IMG/VR virus record: IMGVR_UViG_3300034062_007329
Location: 14,787 to 78,786 of that record
DNA from: a virus
Direction: 5' to 3' (one strand)
DNA length: 64,000 bases
The notes under the pieces are model-generated. The model saw nothing but the letters and a program-made list of their open reading frames with translations. It had not been told where the DNA came from and did no database searches. The translations under genes were made by a program, and so were the position numbers. The first letter of the stretch is position 1, and every line of letters begins with the position of its first letter. Positions 10,663-22,200 of this stretch are shown one piece after another.

Positions 10663-11661
10663 ATGATAGATTATGCTGATGTAGTGGTTGATCTTGCGTA
10701 TGGGGATTCTGGAAAGGGAAAAGTTACACATCATTTAGCTAAAGTTGGGAACTATACTCACGTAATCAGGTTTTCTGGAGGCAATAACGCTGGACACACG
10801 ATTTACCACGAAGGCAAGAAGTTTATCACTCATTCTATTCCTTCTGGTGTATTTTATGGAATTCGAAGCATTATTGGACCTGGATGTGTACTTAATGTAG
10901 AGCATTTCTTTAATGAGATGAAGGAGTTGGAAGATGGTGGTGTCAGGTGTCAGGGCTTGGTATTTATTGCACGAAATGCTCATATCATCACCGATGAACA
11001 CGTTATGGAGGATCGACAAGATAACGTTATCGGGACAACAAAACGCGGCGTCGGTCAAGCCTATCGTGACAAGCACAGCCGCAAGGGCATACGAGCGGAA
11101 CAGGTAGAAAAGTTAAAACCATACCTAATTGATATGTATGAGGAGTTTTATAAACCTAATCAAATTAGTCGTATCCTTTTTGAAGGCGCTCAAGGATTTG
11201 GTCTTGATATCGATTGGGGAGATTACCCTTACGTTACTTCTTCTGGCTGCACTGTTGCTGCTGCAATTGCTAATGGAGTTCCTGCAAAGCGAATTCGCAA
11301 TGTTTGGGGAGTTGCGAAAGCTTATGAAACGTATGTTGGAATGAAGAAATTTGAACCAGATGAACCCGTGTTTAAAACAATGAGAGAAATTGGAAATGAA
11401 TACGGAGCAACAACTGGTCGTCCTCGTCAATGCAATTGGGTCAATGCAAAAAATCTTTTTAAAGCTATCGATCTAAACGGAGCTAACAAGATTGTATTTA
11501 ACAAGGTTGATATCTTGAGAGAGATTGGCTCTTGGAAGATCTATGATGAAGACGACAAACTTGTAGAGTTTAAGAGCGAAGAAGAAATGAAAACTTGGTT
11601 TGCTAATAAGCTCCCAAGATCAACTGAGATCTATTGGTCGGATTCACCGGAAAGACTATAA
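10663..11661 (+). CDS. purA: Adenylosuccinate synthetase (short form)
   Basis: GDSGKGK, GGNNAGHT, IGTTKRGVG, EGAQG..LDIDWGDYPYVTSS, EYGATTGRPR, NKVD. Confidence 0.96.
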   Translation: MIDYADVVVDLAYGDSGKGKVTHHLAKVGNYTHVIRFSGGNNAGHTIYHEGKKFITHSIPSGVFYGIRSIIGPGCVLNVEHFFNEMKELEDGGVRCQGLVFIARNAHIITDEHVMEDRQDNVIGTTKRGVGQAYRDKHSRKGIRAEQVEKLKPYLIDMYEEFYKPNQISRILFEGAQGFGLDIDWGDYPYVTSSGCTVAAAIANGVPAKRIRNVWGVAKAYETYVGMKKFEPDEPVFKTMREIGNEYGATTGRPRQCNWVNAKNLFKAIDLNGANKIVFNKVDILREIGSWKIYDEDDKLVEFKSEEEMKTWFANKLPRSTEIYWSDSPERL

Positions 11662-11891
11662 TGGAGACTATAAAAGTAAAGCAGGGAGAATTTGAGGCTA
11701 CAATATCGAAAGACCCAGAGAGGGTCTTCATAAGCTTTAATATCCCAATGAAAGAACAAGAAGGTTTCAACCCAAATGATTTTTCATATCTTATTGAGCA
11801 CATGATGTATCTGGCGATGAATAAAGATGGGAAATATGTCGTGGAATATCAGGGGCTTGACACGCCAATATCTGCGTGATAGAGTGTCTCT

Positions 11892-12221
11892 ATGCTGACG
11901 ACGACACCGAAGTACCCCGTAGAATCCACATATGATCCCTGCCTCCTTCGCGGGGCTGATGGTAAACAATTGTATGCAGTTGGAGGTGGTGAATGGCTAC
12001 CAGTTCCAGATGGTACAACAATGGTGAATGTTCATCTCTATATGAAAAGGAAAGAGTATGTCCCGAATCTCCCGATCAAAAGAATGCAAGTCACAATCAA
12101 AGGCAAGGGATACAAAGTCGAGGTGTGGAAAGACAAAACTATTACTTGCGAATGCACAGGATTCCGCTATCGAAAGACTTGTAAGCACGTTCAAGCAGTT
12201 CAAAAAGCGGTGAAGAATTGA
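11892..12221 (+). CDS. SWIM zinc-finger protein
   Basis: CECTGFRYRKTCKH; promoter TTGACA(11857)-17-TAGAGT, leaderless start. Confidence 0.8.
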   Translation: MLTTTPKYPVESTYDPCLLRGADGKQLYAVGGGEWLPVPDGTTMVNVHLYMKRKEYVPNLPIKRMQVTIKGKGYKVEVWKDKTITCECTGFRYRKTCKHVQAVQKAVKN

Positions 12222-12580
12222 AGAACAAATTCAAGATAGGCGATCTTGTTAAAATGAAGCGAGATAGGTTCTTTATCCATCGTTGGAAGAATACAGAAAA
12301 GCTGGCAACACTACCAGTTGCTGGTATGATTACAGCTATTAATATTGAAAGCTGGATTCATCCTTATTATGGCTTGTCTAAGCACTTTGAAAAGAAAGAA
12401 ATTGAAGTTGAAGTTGCAACAATCAAGTGGTTTGAGTATGAAATACCTGGTTTCGGATTCTCGGATGAATTTAATTTAGCTGAATATAATAAAAATTATA
12501 GTAAGATGCCAACCAAAAGTTTGGCAGATTTTAGCAAGTATCTCGCGGCTCTGAGGAAAAAGAAAGATCTTTACAAGTGA
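12218..12580 (+). CDS. SH3/KOW-like hypothetical protein
   Basis: KFKIGDLV...G.I..I...IKWF pattern. Confidence 0.5.
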   Translation: MKNKFKIGDLVKMKRDRFFIHRWKNTEKLATLPVAGMITAINIESWIHPYYGLSKHFEKKEIEVEVATIKWFEYEIPGFGFSDEFNLAEYNKNYSKMPTKSLADFSKYLAALRKKKDLYK

Positions 12581-12667
12581 GAGCGAGAGTGGTAGAGTAG
12601 TTCTACAAGGTGAGCCGAGAGATGACAGATCGGCTCCGATAACCGCCCAAAGTGGCAAGGAGAAAAT

Positions 12668-12979
12668 ATGTCAAGCCGTAACACTAAGTCAAACCGTTCA
12701 ACCCGCAACACTTCAACCCGCTCAACTGGTCGTGATCCAAACCGTACAGTGTTTGACCCAACCGATTATGATCGTGGTGTATACAAGGTTGAGCGCAAGC
12801 TAAAGCGTATCGGCATGGGTATTCGTCGCGGTGATACACGTCATGGTGATTATAGCAACGTAGTCCTGTGGAAGCCAAAGGATGCTCGAGGTGATTCACG
12901 TAGATTCACACTAACTCTTTCTGAAGCCCGTTCACTACAGGCTTTTTTGAATCGTGAACTCCAAGTCCGCGCTCGCTAA
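12668..12979 (+). CDS. Basic hypothetical protein
   Basis: AAGGAG RBS, Arg-rich, followed by a terminator. Confidence 0.7.
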   Translation: MSSRNTKSNRSTRNTSTRSTGRDPNRTVFDPTDYDRGVYKVERKLKRIGMGIRRGDTRHGDYSNVVLWKPKDARGDSRRFTLTLSEARSLQAFLNRELQVRAR

Positions 12980-13004
12980 ACTAAAATTTAAAATCTAAAC
13001 AGAA

Positions 13005-13040
13005 AAGCCTCCCGATAAAAAGGGAGGCTTCTTTCTTTTT
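13005..13040 (+). terminator. Rho-independent terminator
   Basis: AAGCCTCCC-gataaaaa-GGGAGGCTT followed by a T tract. Confidence 0.85.
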
Positions 13041-13607
13041 GACATCATAAATTTCCTGTGGTATAGTTTGTGGAGGAGGAGATATGTTATATACAATTTG
13101 TCCAAGAAATAGAGCTGGTGCTTTTGAACAAAAGTTTATGATTGATGGTGATTTTGAATTAGCTGTTCTTGTTGCTCGTCATACATTCCTTAGCAATAGC
13201 GTTCACCATGTAGAAATTTATGAAGGACGAGTGCCTGTAATGGATTGTTGGGGTAAGCCGAAACTATTTGTTTATAAGGACAATGTTTCAGAAACAAGGC
13301 TACATTGATAAGATCGATAAAGACGATATGGAGCAAGGCTTGCGAGACTTGCAGATAGGCGATTTAATTTTTGATCCTTGGTATGGCTTTGGTCTAATTA
13401 TATCTTTAGACCAAATAAATAATTTTCAAAGCGAAATAAGATTTTATGATAATCGAGAACAAAAATTCTTATTAGACATGGAACAGGCATATTTCTTGAA
13501 AAGAAACATACCAGTGCTTCTTCAAGTTTCAGATATGAATCCAAGAAGCGAAGATACGAGAAGAATATGGTCAGAAGAAATGTATTGTATATTTTAGGAG
13601 AATAATA

Positions 13608-13859
13608 ATGTCAAAAGGTGGAGTTCATAAAAAAGAAGAATCTGGATATGTTCATATAGGAGGTAGAATAGAACAGAGACCAGATCAAGCTTCAGGTATT
13701 TTTTGTTGTAAAACTTGTGAATACTTTCAAATAGAAAGGGATGCAAAGTATGGCGCTTGCACGATTGTAGAAGGAGAAATATATGGTGGTGATTGCTGTA
13801 ACTATTGGGAGCCAAAAGATAGTATAAGAGCAGCTTATAGCTTTACAATTTTTAAATAA
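13608..13859 (+). CDS. HiPIP-like small Cys-rich protein
   Basis: C..C.YF......GAC.IVEG.I....CC..W spacing. Confidence 0.5.
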   Translation: MSKGGVHKKEESGYVHIGGRIEQRPDQASGIFCCKTCEYFQIERDAKYGACTIVEGEIYGGDCCNYWEPKDSIRAAYSFTIFK

Positions 13860-14859
13860 CTTGATAGGATACAGTGGATGAGTACCACTACCATACTACC
13901 CCCCTACCCCCCCAGTGGGGGTCTACAACAAAATAAACAAGAAGAAGCAGTAGAAGAAAGTATCTTTTATTCTGGTGAAATTGTTTTAATGAGATCGCGC
14001 AGAATAAGCAAAGAAGAAGTAAAAAGATTTTATGATTTATATGGTGCTTCTCTTCCAACGGATGTTTGGTGGAGTTATCTTGGTAAAGACTACAATAAAA
14101 ACATAGAATATTGTAAAGACGCGGATGATAATAGCGCATATTACATGTTCCACAACAAATATATTGGAAAAGTTAAAGAACCAATGGTAATCAAAAAAAA
14201 TTATCACCCCGCTCAAACTTCTTTGTTTGAACAAAAACTTTTTATTGTTGAATGGGAAGTAAGAGACAATCAGATAATGCCTGGAGAATCTCTGACAAGA
14301 TTACAAGAGCACTACCCAGAAAGTCTAATCTCTATTTCTAAAATGACTGTTATGACGAAAGAAGAGATTTTGGAGGACGTTTTGCGCTGGGCGAGAGATA
14401 GAAATATCTATTCATCAGCCCCAGAAACAACAATTTGAATTTAAACAATTCGTTTTTTAGAATTGCCATAAATCATATTATATCACTATAAGTTACAATT
14501 AATTAGACTAAAGGAAGTGTTAAGTATAAAACAAAACAAATTGATTGTAAAAAACCTCGTCCTCTCTGCTACTTACACATTCCAATGATATAATAGAGAA
14601 ATAGCTGCGTGATCTCGCAGGGTTAGACACACTCTATCACCGCAATATTCCCGTGTCAACCAGCGTATATTTTCTTTGAATATGGCACACTCTATCCGTG
14701 GAGCTAAAAATATCGCTTGACACGGGACGCCCGTTGTAATAAGATGTTACTATGGAGGAGCGTTCAAAACCAGCCGCCATTTGCACTAATTACTTGCAAA
14801 TGCGGTAACCAGCCGCCGCGAATGTATTAGGGGGGCAACCTACCCCCTATTCAAACCTG

Positions 14860-14888
14860 TTGACACGTCCCTCCGCTTGTGGTACTCT
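14860..14888 (+). promoter_or_regulatory. sigma70-type early promoter, representative of about 30 (others at 11857, 14717, 15544, 16771, 18482, 18725, 20116, 22376, 30021, 31139, 32288, 35056, 35734, 35905, 36530, 37621, 38319, 38487, 38573, 39433, 39768, 40887, 41158, 41412, 42152, 54521, 57604, 61714)
   Basis: TTGACN-17 nt-TANNNT, usually with TG extended -10 and an upstream A-tract. Confidence 0.85.
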
Positions 14889-14927
14889 GTTCCTTGTTCG
14901 GCGTGGTGCCGATAGGAGAGGAAGCGT

Positions 14928-15509
14928 ATGCGTCATTGTCGTTATTGTGGAAATACTGGTCATAATCGTAGAACCTGCCCGTCCCGTTCGCCTGAAACGA
15001 AGAAGGCGGATAATGATTACCACAAGCGGTATCGTTCGCGTTCGCGTACTTGCCGCTATTGCCGTGGTAGCAATCACGATAGGCGCAAGTGTGATAAGCT
15101 TATTGCTGATCGTGCGGAATGGGTAACGCGCAATGCTGCTTTCCGCAAGCGTTTTCTTGAGGATGCCAAGAAAGAGGGTTGGGGTGTTGGCTGCGTAATT
15201 AAGATGTCGCATTGGAATAACGCTGAATATTTCTATCTTGTCACGAAGATTAACTGGGATGCTATTGTTGTAGACAATAGGTATGCTTACTCAATGGGCG
15301 TTTCACAGATCGGCGGTGACGATTGCACTAACTATAATCCTCCAAGGCATTTCGGCGTTGAGGATATCAATGATCGTGCATACTTCATGAAGAATTCGGA
15401 TACGATGGTTGAGAATCCTGTTTCAGTTGAATCTATCGAAAAAGCAATCCCCAGCAACTGGCTTTCTGGCGAGACTCCCAAAAACTATATGCCTGGATCT
15501 CTGAAGTAA
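14928..15509 (+). CDS. Double CCHC zinc-knuckle protein
   Basis: CRYCGNTGHNRRTC and CRYCRGSNHDRRKC. Confidence 0.8.
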   Translation: MRHCRYCGNTGHNRRTCPSRSPETKKADNDYHKRYRSRSRTCRYCRGSNHDRRKCDKLIADRAEWVTRNAAFRKRFLEDAKKEGWGVGCVIKMSHWNNAEYFYLVTKINWDAIVVDNRYAYSMGVSQIGGDDCTNYNPPRHFGVEDINDRAYFMKNSDTMVENPVSVESIEKAIPSNWLSGETPKNYMPGSLK

Positions 15510-15649
15510 CCGATAGGGTAGCAAAGAAAATAAATGCAGCCTGTTGACACGGGCGCTGTGCTGTGGTAGAGTAGTTAAGTAAGGTTGAGCGGCGAATGGG
15601 TCGCTGCTCAACAATAAACGCAAGTCGAATAAAAGGGTAGGTAATAAAA

Positions 15650-16711
15650 ATGGCTGTTGACTTCAAGACGTTCGCTAAGATTGTTCCCCATGTCACTAAG
15701 GTTAAGAAGCCCGTCCTGATTCGTGGTAAGCATGGTATCGGTAAGTCGGAGCAGGTTTATCAGTTTGCCGCTGCAATCGGTTTCCCCATTATTGAGCGTC
15801 GTGCATCGCAGATGACCGAAGGCGACCTTATCGGTCTGCCTTCGCTTGACGGCAATCGCACTCGCTGGAATCCGCCCGATTGGTACAAGACCGCTTGTGA
15901 GAAGCCCGTTGTGCTTTTCTTCGACGAGGTTGATCGTGCGGTTACTGAGGTTCGTCAGGGTCTTTTCGAGTTGACGGATTCCCGTAAGCTCAATGGTTTC
16001 CACCTCCATCCTGATACGCTGATCTTTGCTGCCGTTAATGGTGGGCAGCATGGTTCGCAGTATCAGGTTGGTGAAATGGACCCTGCTGAGTTGGATCGTT
16101 GGACGGTTTTCGATCTTGAGCCTACCGTTGAGGATTTCCTTGATTTCGCCAAGGACAAGCTGAATATGGTTGTTTGGGATTTCATCAACCAGAATCGCAT
16201 TCACCTTGAGCATAAGGGCGAGTTTGAGCCTAACAAGGTTTATCCTTCGCGGCGTTCGTGGTTCCGTCTTAACGAGTGTTTGACCTCTGCTGATATGCTT
16301 GGCAAGGAGAAGAATGAGCAGAAGCAGCATCTCCCTGCAATCTATGAGCTTGGTTGCGCCTTTATTGGTATGGAGGGTGCGGTTGCGCTTCGTGATTTCG
16401 TTGAGAAGTATGAGCGTCAGATTTCGATTGACGATATCTTCAACGGAAAGCATGATGCCCTTAAGGATCTGCCCGTGAACGATCACCTTGCTCTTATCGA
16501 GAAGATCCAGGCTTCCGATAAGCTTAAGACCAAGCTTGATGCCAAGCAGCTTAAGAACATTGCGGATTATATCCGAATGATCCCTGCGGAGGCTTCGATG
16601 AAGCTTTGGAAGATCGCTGGTAACGCGAACGTGTATAACGCTGTTGAGCTTCACAAGCTTTGCAACGACTACATCGTTTCGATTATGACGGGTGGTTCCA
16701 ACAAGAAGTAA
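15650..16711 (+). CDS. MoxR-like AAA+ ATPase
   Basis: GKHGIGKS Walker A, GDLIGLP, FFDEVDR Walker B, AAVN, MDPAELDRW, PSRRSW. Confidence 0.92.
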   Translation: MAVDFKTFAKIVPHVTKVKKPVLIRGKHGIGKSEQVYQFAAAIGFPIIERRASQMTEGDLIGLPSLDGNRTRWNPPDWYKTACEKPVVLFFDEVDRAVTEVRQGLFELTDSRKLNGFHLHPDTLIFAAVNGGQHGSQYQVGEMDPAELDRWTVFDLEPTVEDFLDFAKDKLNMVVWDFINQNRIHLEHKGEFEPNKVYPSRRSWFRLNECLTSADMLGKEKNEQKQHLPAIYELGCAFIGMEGAVALRDFVEKYERQISIDDIFNGKHDALKDLPVNDHLALIEKIQASDKLKTKLDAKQLKNIADYIRMIPAEASMKLWKIAGNANVYNAVELHKLCNDYIVSIMTGGSNKK

Positions 16712-16843
16712 AACCTAAACGGCAAAGGGGGCAAGCTGGAAACAGCTTCCCCCAACTGCTAATTCTACGCTTGACTCTCTCAGGCGTGCGTGATATACTA
16801 TTCTCTGTAAGGTGGCAATCCCGCCACGAAATGAGGTAATGAA

Positions 16844-18131
16844 GATGGCTACTAAGAAGAAGAATGTTGTGGATACCGATAAGCTGTTTGAGGATCACGT
16901 CAAGCGATTTGACGAGGTTAAGGAGCTTACTGCTAAGGGCGATATGAATGAGGGTCTGCGTCGTTTCGATATGAACGATCATATTCTCTCGTTGCTGGAA
17001 AGCGAGCCGTTCTTTGCCGCGATTTCGCGTCACGTTGCAAAGGTGCCTTCGCTTGCCCTGCCTACCGCTGGCATTAAGGTTTCCAGCGAGGGGCATTTTG
17101 AGATGATCTATAACCCTTATTTCTTTGCTGCGTTTGAGCCTAAGTATCGTTTGGGCGTTCTCAAGCATGAGTTTTATCATGCTATCTTTGAGCACGTTAC
17201 CACTCGTTTGCCCGATGCGGAAGATGGTTCGGGCACTAAGAAAATGAATCGTCTTTGGAATATTGCGACTGATCTTGCAATCAACTCGCATCTTCTTACT
17301 GAGATTCCCCTGTTCGGTTGTTTGCCCGAATATGGGCAACTTGCTGATATGCCTGCTGGCAAGACCGCTGAATGGTATTATGCGGAATTGAAGAAGAAGC
17401 AGGAGGAAAATGGTGGTGGCGATGGTGAAGGCGATGGCTTTGGTGATCCCTTTGACGATCACAGCGGTTGGGGTGAAGGCGATATCGACCCTTCCGTGAA
17501 GGAGATTGCCAAGCAGCGTCTTAAGGAGATGATGAAGCAAGCTGCGGAGGAAGCGAATAAGAAGTCGTGGGGTTCGATCTCTGCTGATATGCGTCAGGAT
17601 ATTCTTGACCGCATCTCCAACAAGGTCGATTGGCGTAACGTTCTGCGTTATTTCATTAAGACCTCGCAGCGTGCAAATAAGAATCATACGGTGAGGCGTC
17701 TTAACAAGCGTTTCCCCTATATTCACGCTGGCGCTAAGGTTGATCGTCGGGCAAACATTGCCATTTCGATTGACCAGTCGGGTTCGGTCAGCGATGAAAT
17801 GCTGGTTAAGTTCTTTGCAGAGTTGAATGGTCTTGCAAAGCTTGCCACTTTCACCGTTGTTCCGTTCGATACGGAGGTTGACGAGAAGTTGGTGTATGTC
17901 TGGAAGAAGGGCAAGCACCAAAAGGCAGAGCGTGTTAAGTGCGGTGGAACCGATTTCAACGCTCCCACGAAGTATGTGAATGAGCGTAAGTTTGATGGTC
18001 ACATCGTTCTTACCGATATGTACGCTCCGAAGCCCATTGCTTCGACTTGCCAGCGTATGTGGATGACTGATAAGGTTTGTGCGAACAATCCTTATTTCAC
18101 CACCACGGAGCGTGTTATTGCGGTAGACTAA
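16844..18131 (+). CDS. Metallopeptidase-like (HEXXH) plus VWA domain protein, MoxR partner
   Basis: LKHEFYH, WNIATDLAIN, MIDAS-like IDQSGSV, GGTDF, VLTD; start uncertain (16812-16844). Confidence 0.9.
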
Positions 18132-18806
18132 ACGAAACGCGGTTGGTTGGCAACTGGATAATCGGTTGCCAGCCGCCGCAAATCGGTTTGCAAAATGGCG
18201 AGGAATCTAAATAAACCAAGACTGGACCAATATAGGGTAGGGAGCATACTTAAGTTTCAACCAGGAAAAGATCTGGAATATGAATACTATTTGATCCTGC
18301 GTATTGATGCATTAAAGAAAAACAAACCAATACGGTATGCTGTGCATATGTGGAAGGTTGGTACAGAAGAACCAAAAGACATTTATCAAACCCCTTGGCA
18401 AAGCGCGGAAGCTATTAACCAAATGTTGGATAATGAGATGATGAGTGTTGAGTCTTATTAGAATCCCAGCAAAAATATTGCTTGACTCCCCCGCCCCGTT
18501 GTGATAGACTGTAAGAAGATAAGGAGAGAGATGATGCACAATAAGGAAGCCTGTAATCACTTTATGCAGTTAATCGGAAATGTTAAGGAGCTTTATTGGG
18601 AGCATGACGATATCCTTGTTCAGCGTGATGTAGAGAAATGGACTTGTGAGCTTTGCGGTGAAACCAAGTTTGCAATTCAGGAGAATGAACGTGAGTTAGT
18701 TGATAATCAGTAGAAAAAACCAGTTGACACTTAACCCTTAACCCTGTAAGATTAAGCAAGATTATTTAACCGCTCCATTGTGAGCAGAATAAAAGGATAA
18801 AAACAA

Positions 18807-19121
18807 ATGGCTACTATCAATAACATCGACGTTCTCGCTGCAATCCAGTCCTATCTCGATAGCAATAATCGCCCGTGTCCTGCCCATTATCTCAATGACA
18901 AGTTTGGTGATGATGTTGCAGAGAATATTACCAATCTCAAGAAGGATGGTAAGGTGGTTGGTCGTCGTGGTCGGAATGGTGGTATCGTGTTTCCTGATAC
19001 CGTGTTCAAGGATAAGGCGGATAGTTCTTCGCCTGTTGCCGCAAAGAAGGTTGCGGTTGACACGGAGGATTCCGATTCCGACAACGATTCCGATGTGGAG
19101 ATTGTCGATCTTCCCATCTAA
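18807..19121 (+). CDS. Winged-helix-like protein with acidic tail (paralog of 38677 and 41513)
   Basis: RPCP...GRRGRNGGI resembles the Rrf2 wing S.RG..GG. Confidence 0.55.
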   Translation: MATINNIDVLAAIQSYLDSNNRPCPAHYLNDKFGDDVAENITNLKKDGKVVGRRGRNGGIVFPDTVFKDKADSSSPVAAKKVAVDTEDSDSDNDSDVEIVDLPI

Positions 19122-19249
19122 TTAAATACAAACAAACGTAGCCAAAGCCCCTTCATTGGGGCTTTCGGCGTTAGAGGAGCATAACAAATGCTAATGATCA
19201 CTACTTGCATCGCAACACTTTTAATTGGCTTTGTATTGTCAATTGAGTA

Positions 19250-22200
19250 ATGGCTATGGCAGATCCAATGTCAGTAAAACCCGTAGTAACAACTACGTTA
19301 AGAGAATTAATGGGACCAAAGTGGCAACATAAAACAACGAATGGCAAGTATTGGGTTTCAACCAGCGATGTTATGTTTACTGGTTGGGAAACAATGGTAT
19401 TTGCAGTTCGATCAGATGGTGATATAGATTATGTAGGTTTAGACGAAGAAAGATATTCCAACGAAAATCAAGCGTATTGGGGTCATATCAAAATGTTCCA
19501 GAAGTGGGACGAAAAGGAGTAATATAAAATGGGTGTTCTAAAGTGTTTTGTTTGTGGTTGCTATCTTCACGATGACGAGGTTGTTTGGATTGAGTTAGAC
19601 GATAATCATTCAGCAGCTCATTGTGTCTCGTGTGCGCCAGAACAACCTGATTATGACGAAACTATGTGATTATTTCCAGATTGGTCATTTGTATGAAATA
19701 GAAATTAAGTCCTACGAAAATGGAGATATTCCAGAAATAACAAAAGCGGTCTTAGTTCTAAAGAATATTACAAAAGAACATAATGTTAAAATCTACGAAG
19801 GTAGAACCGCAATGCTACTATGCTATCTGGATGATCCATCCGAAACAACAATCACTTATCTTTATCGCGAGGAAAGTAGCCAATGGCTGAAAAAGATATC
19901 CTGAAAGAATATTTCCAGGTTGGTCACTTATACGAAGTGACATACAACAAGCTTTCGCAGATTAAAGAGAATGGTGGGATTGTAAAAAAAACCTTCTTGC
20001 TTAAACACATTAATCCATTTCTTAGCAAAGATATGTTGTTTGAGGATATCGAGAATGGCGAAGAACAATTCTTCTACTATGAAGAATACAACATAGATAC
20101 CCTCAAAAAAATCTCTTGACGGGCGACCCTGCGCGTGATAATATGTTCTTAACGCTGGTGGTCAGCGAGAAAAGGATATTATAAATGCGTTGGGGATATA
20201 ATCGTTTTGCAAAGCCCAAGGTTGTCGTGCAGAAGGTGAATGATCCTTCTATTCCCGCTCGCCTTGATGCTCTTATCAACAATGGCGTGATTACCACTAA
20301 CGATAAGGCTATCTGCGAATCGCTTAAGCAGGGTTGGGATCGCTATGGTTCAATCACCGCTGGTCAAAACGGATTGCTTCTTAAGATGGAGCAGCGTTAT
20401 GATGCAAGCGAGGTTGCCAAGCGAACCGCTGCACAAAGCGATTGGCTTTCTAACTTTACTCCCGAAATGCGTGCAAGGCTGAATGTTTGCGCGCAGTATT
20501 ACGTTACCACTCCGTATTTCCGTGATATCGCGGTTCGCGTTATGAACGAGCCTACTTGGACGCCCAGCGAAAAGCAGTATCGCGCTATGTGTGAAAACAA
20601 GTATGCCCAGCGGATCATGGAGAATATCGAAACGCCTGTTAAGTATCCTGTTGGTTCAATTGTAGAGATCCGCAAGACCGCTCGTTATTGGGGTGATAAC
20701 AAGATTTGTGCTGTTATCGCGTATGAGAACGCGGTTGGTCCTGCAAGGGGTTCGCGGCAATACACCTTGATGCCTTTTGGTGGTGATAACAAGATCACGA
20801 TGCCAGAGCGTGATATCAAGATTTACCGCGCAAAGCCCGAACACGAACAGGGGATTGAGGATGACAATGAAGATGCGCCCTTTTAATGATGTGAATGGTG
20901 TTTGGCACGATAGCGTCGGTGTGCCAATTGACAAACACGAAAGGGATAAGTGGGGAACCGAATGTGCTGAGTGGTTGGCAAAAGAGCCAAACGAGTATTT
21001 TGTTTATACCCGAAGCGGCGATACCATCGTAATTGGTATTCGTGACAGCGACGGCAACACCATCGAAATTTTTGATTGCAAAATCCGAAGGGATATGAGG
21101 TTCATTAATGAGTGATTCTAAGAAGATGACATATGAGCAGATGGAGTTTATGTACCAAACCGCAATTCAGGCAGCTACCAAAACGCTGTTTGAGGATCAT
21201 TACGCGGATCACGGATGGACGCAGAAGGAGTTTACCGAAACGATGCTTTGGACGATGAAGGCAGTTCAGGAGGGTAAGCTGCAAAGGTGGGTTAACTAAA
21301 TGGATGCTATTATGTCAAAGGTTGTGCAAATTAATCTAACTGGACAGGAAGTTCAGGATATGCTTATGCATAAGATTTATGCTAAGTATCCCGATCTTGC
21401 AGATGATACTAAGTGGTGTTGGGAGGATTTCTCTTTGAGTTTCAATAGCCAGAAACTTGAAGCCGGTGCCCTAAACATTATTTTTACTCAGAATAGTGAT
21501 TATTGTGAGGATAGCAAGGAAACTACTAATACCCCTATTACCTTCGTTGAAGGCGGTGGAATTTAATGTCTAATAAGAATAGCCACTATAAACTGGACTT
21601 CAAGATTAAGAGCAACGGCGGTAATCTGACGTTTCAGGATTTCCGTCGTAGGTATTACTGGACGGGAAGTAGCCAATGGAATGTTCCGTTTATTGAGCGT
21701 TTCCTTAATCAGCTTTATGTTGACAACAAGGTTTCTACGATTGTTCCAAAGGACATTAATATTGTCCAAACGGCGATTGATGCTGGTCTTGTGTTGAATA
21801 AAGAAGAGGTAATCGACTTTCATCGTTATGTCGCAGTTGGCAGAGAGGTTTGGTATAAGGATCTCCAAGACGAAACTGGAAGGTTGAAGAATCGACTTAT
21901 TACTTCAAGTTCGCGCGAGCGTTATGAGATAATTCTTTCCTATCTTGCAACGCAGACTCCAGAATTCCAGAGTTGTGAAGCGCAATTCCAAACGTGGCTT
22001 GCCAAGCGTCCAGGTTTGGTGGAAGTTTGGAATGAAGTTTTTGAGGAAAAGCCCACGCTTCTTAGGTTTGCAAGGGCTTCAAAGGATCATACTTTCCGAA
22101 CCAAGTTGGAAAATGCCCGTCCTCGCACTTTGAAGATTGGTACTCTTGTTCAGTTAAAGGATAAGTATATTAATAACAGGAGTCGAGATCCATTTTATTG

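Noticed and set aside
9981-10700. Group I intron carrying the GIY-YIG gene
   Set aside because: Only about 55 nt upstream and 6 nt downstream flank the ORF, too little for an intron core, and purA restarts with a full N-terminus.
10663-11661. PurZ (2-aminoadenine, Z-genome pathway)
   Set aside because: The P-loop is GDSGKG with the PurA catalytic Asp, whereas PurZ has Ser (GSTGKG); no datZ/mazZ-like neighbour is seen.
15608-18002. Long minus-strand ORFs (15608-16654, 16683-18002; also 36497-37411 and 38245-39069)
   Set aside because: Antisense shadows of real + strand genes whose codon bias avoids TTA/CTA/TCA; no RBS or recognisable motifs.
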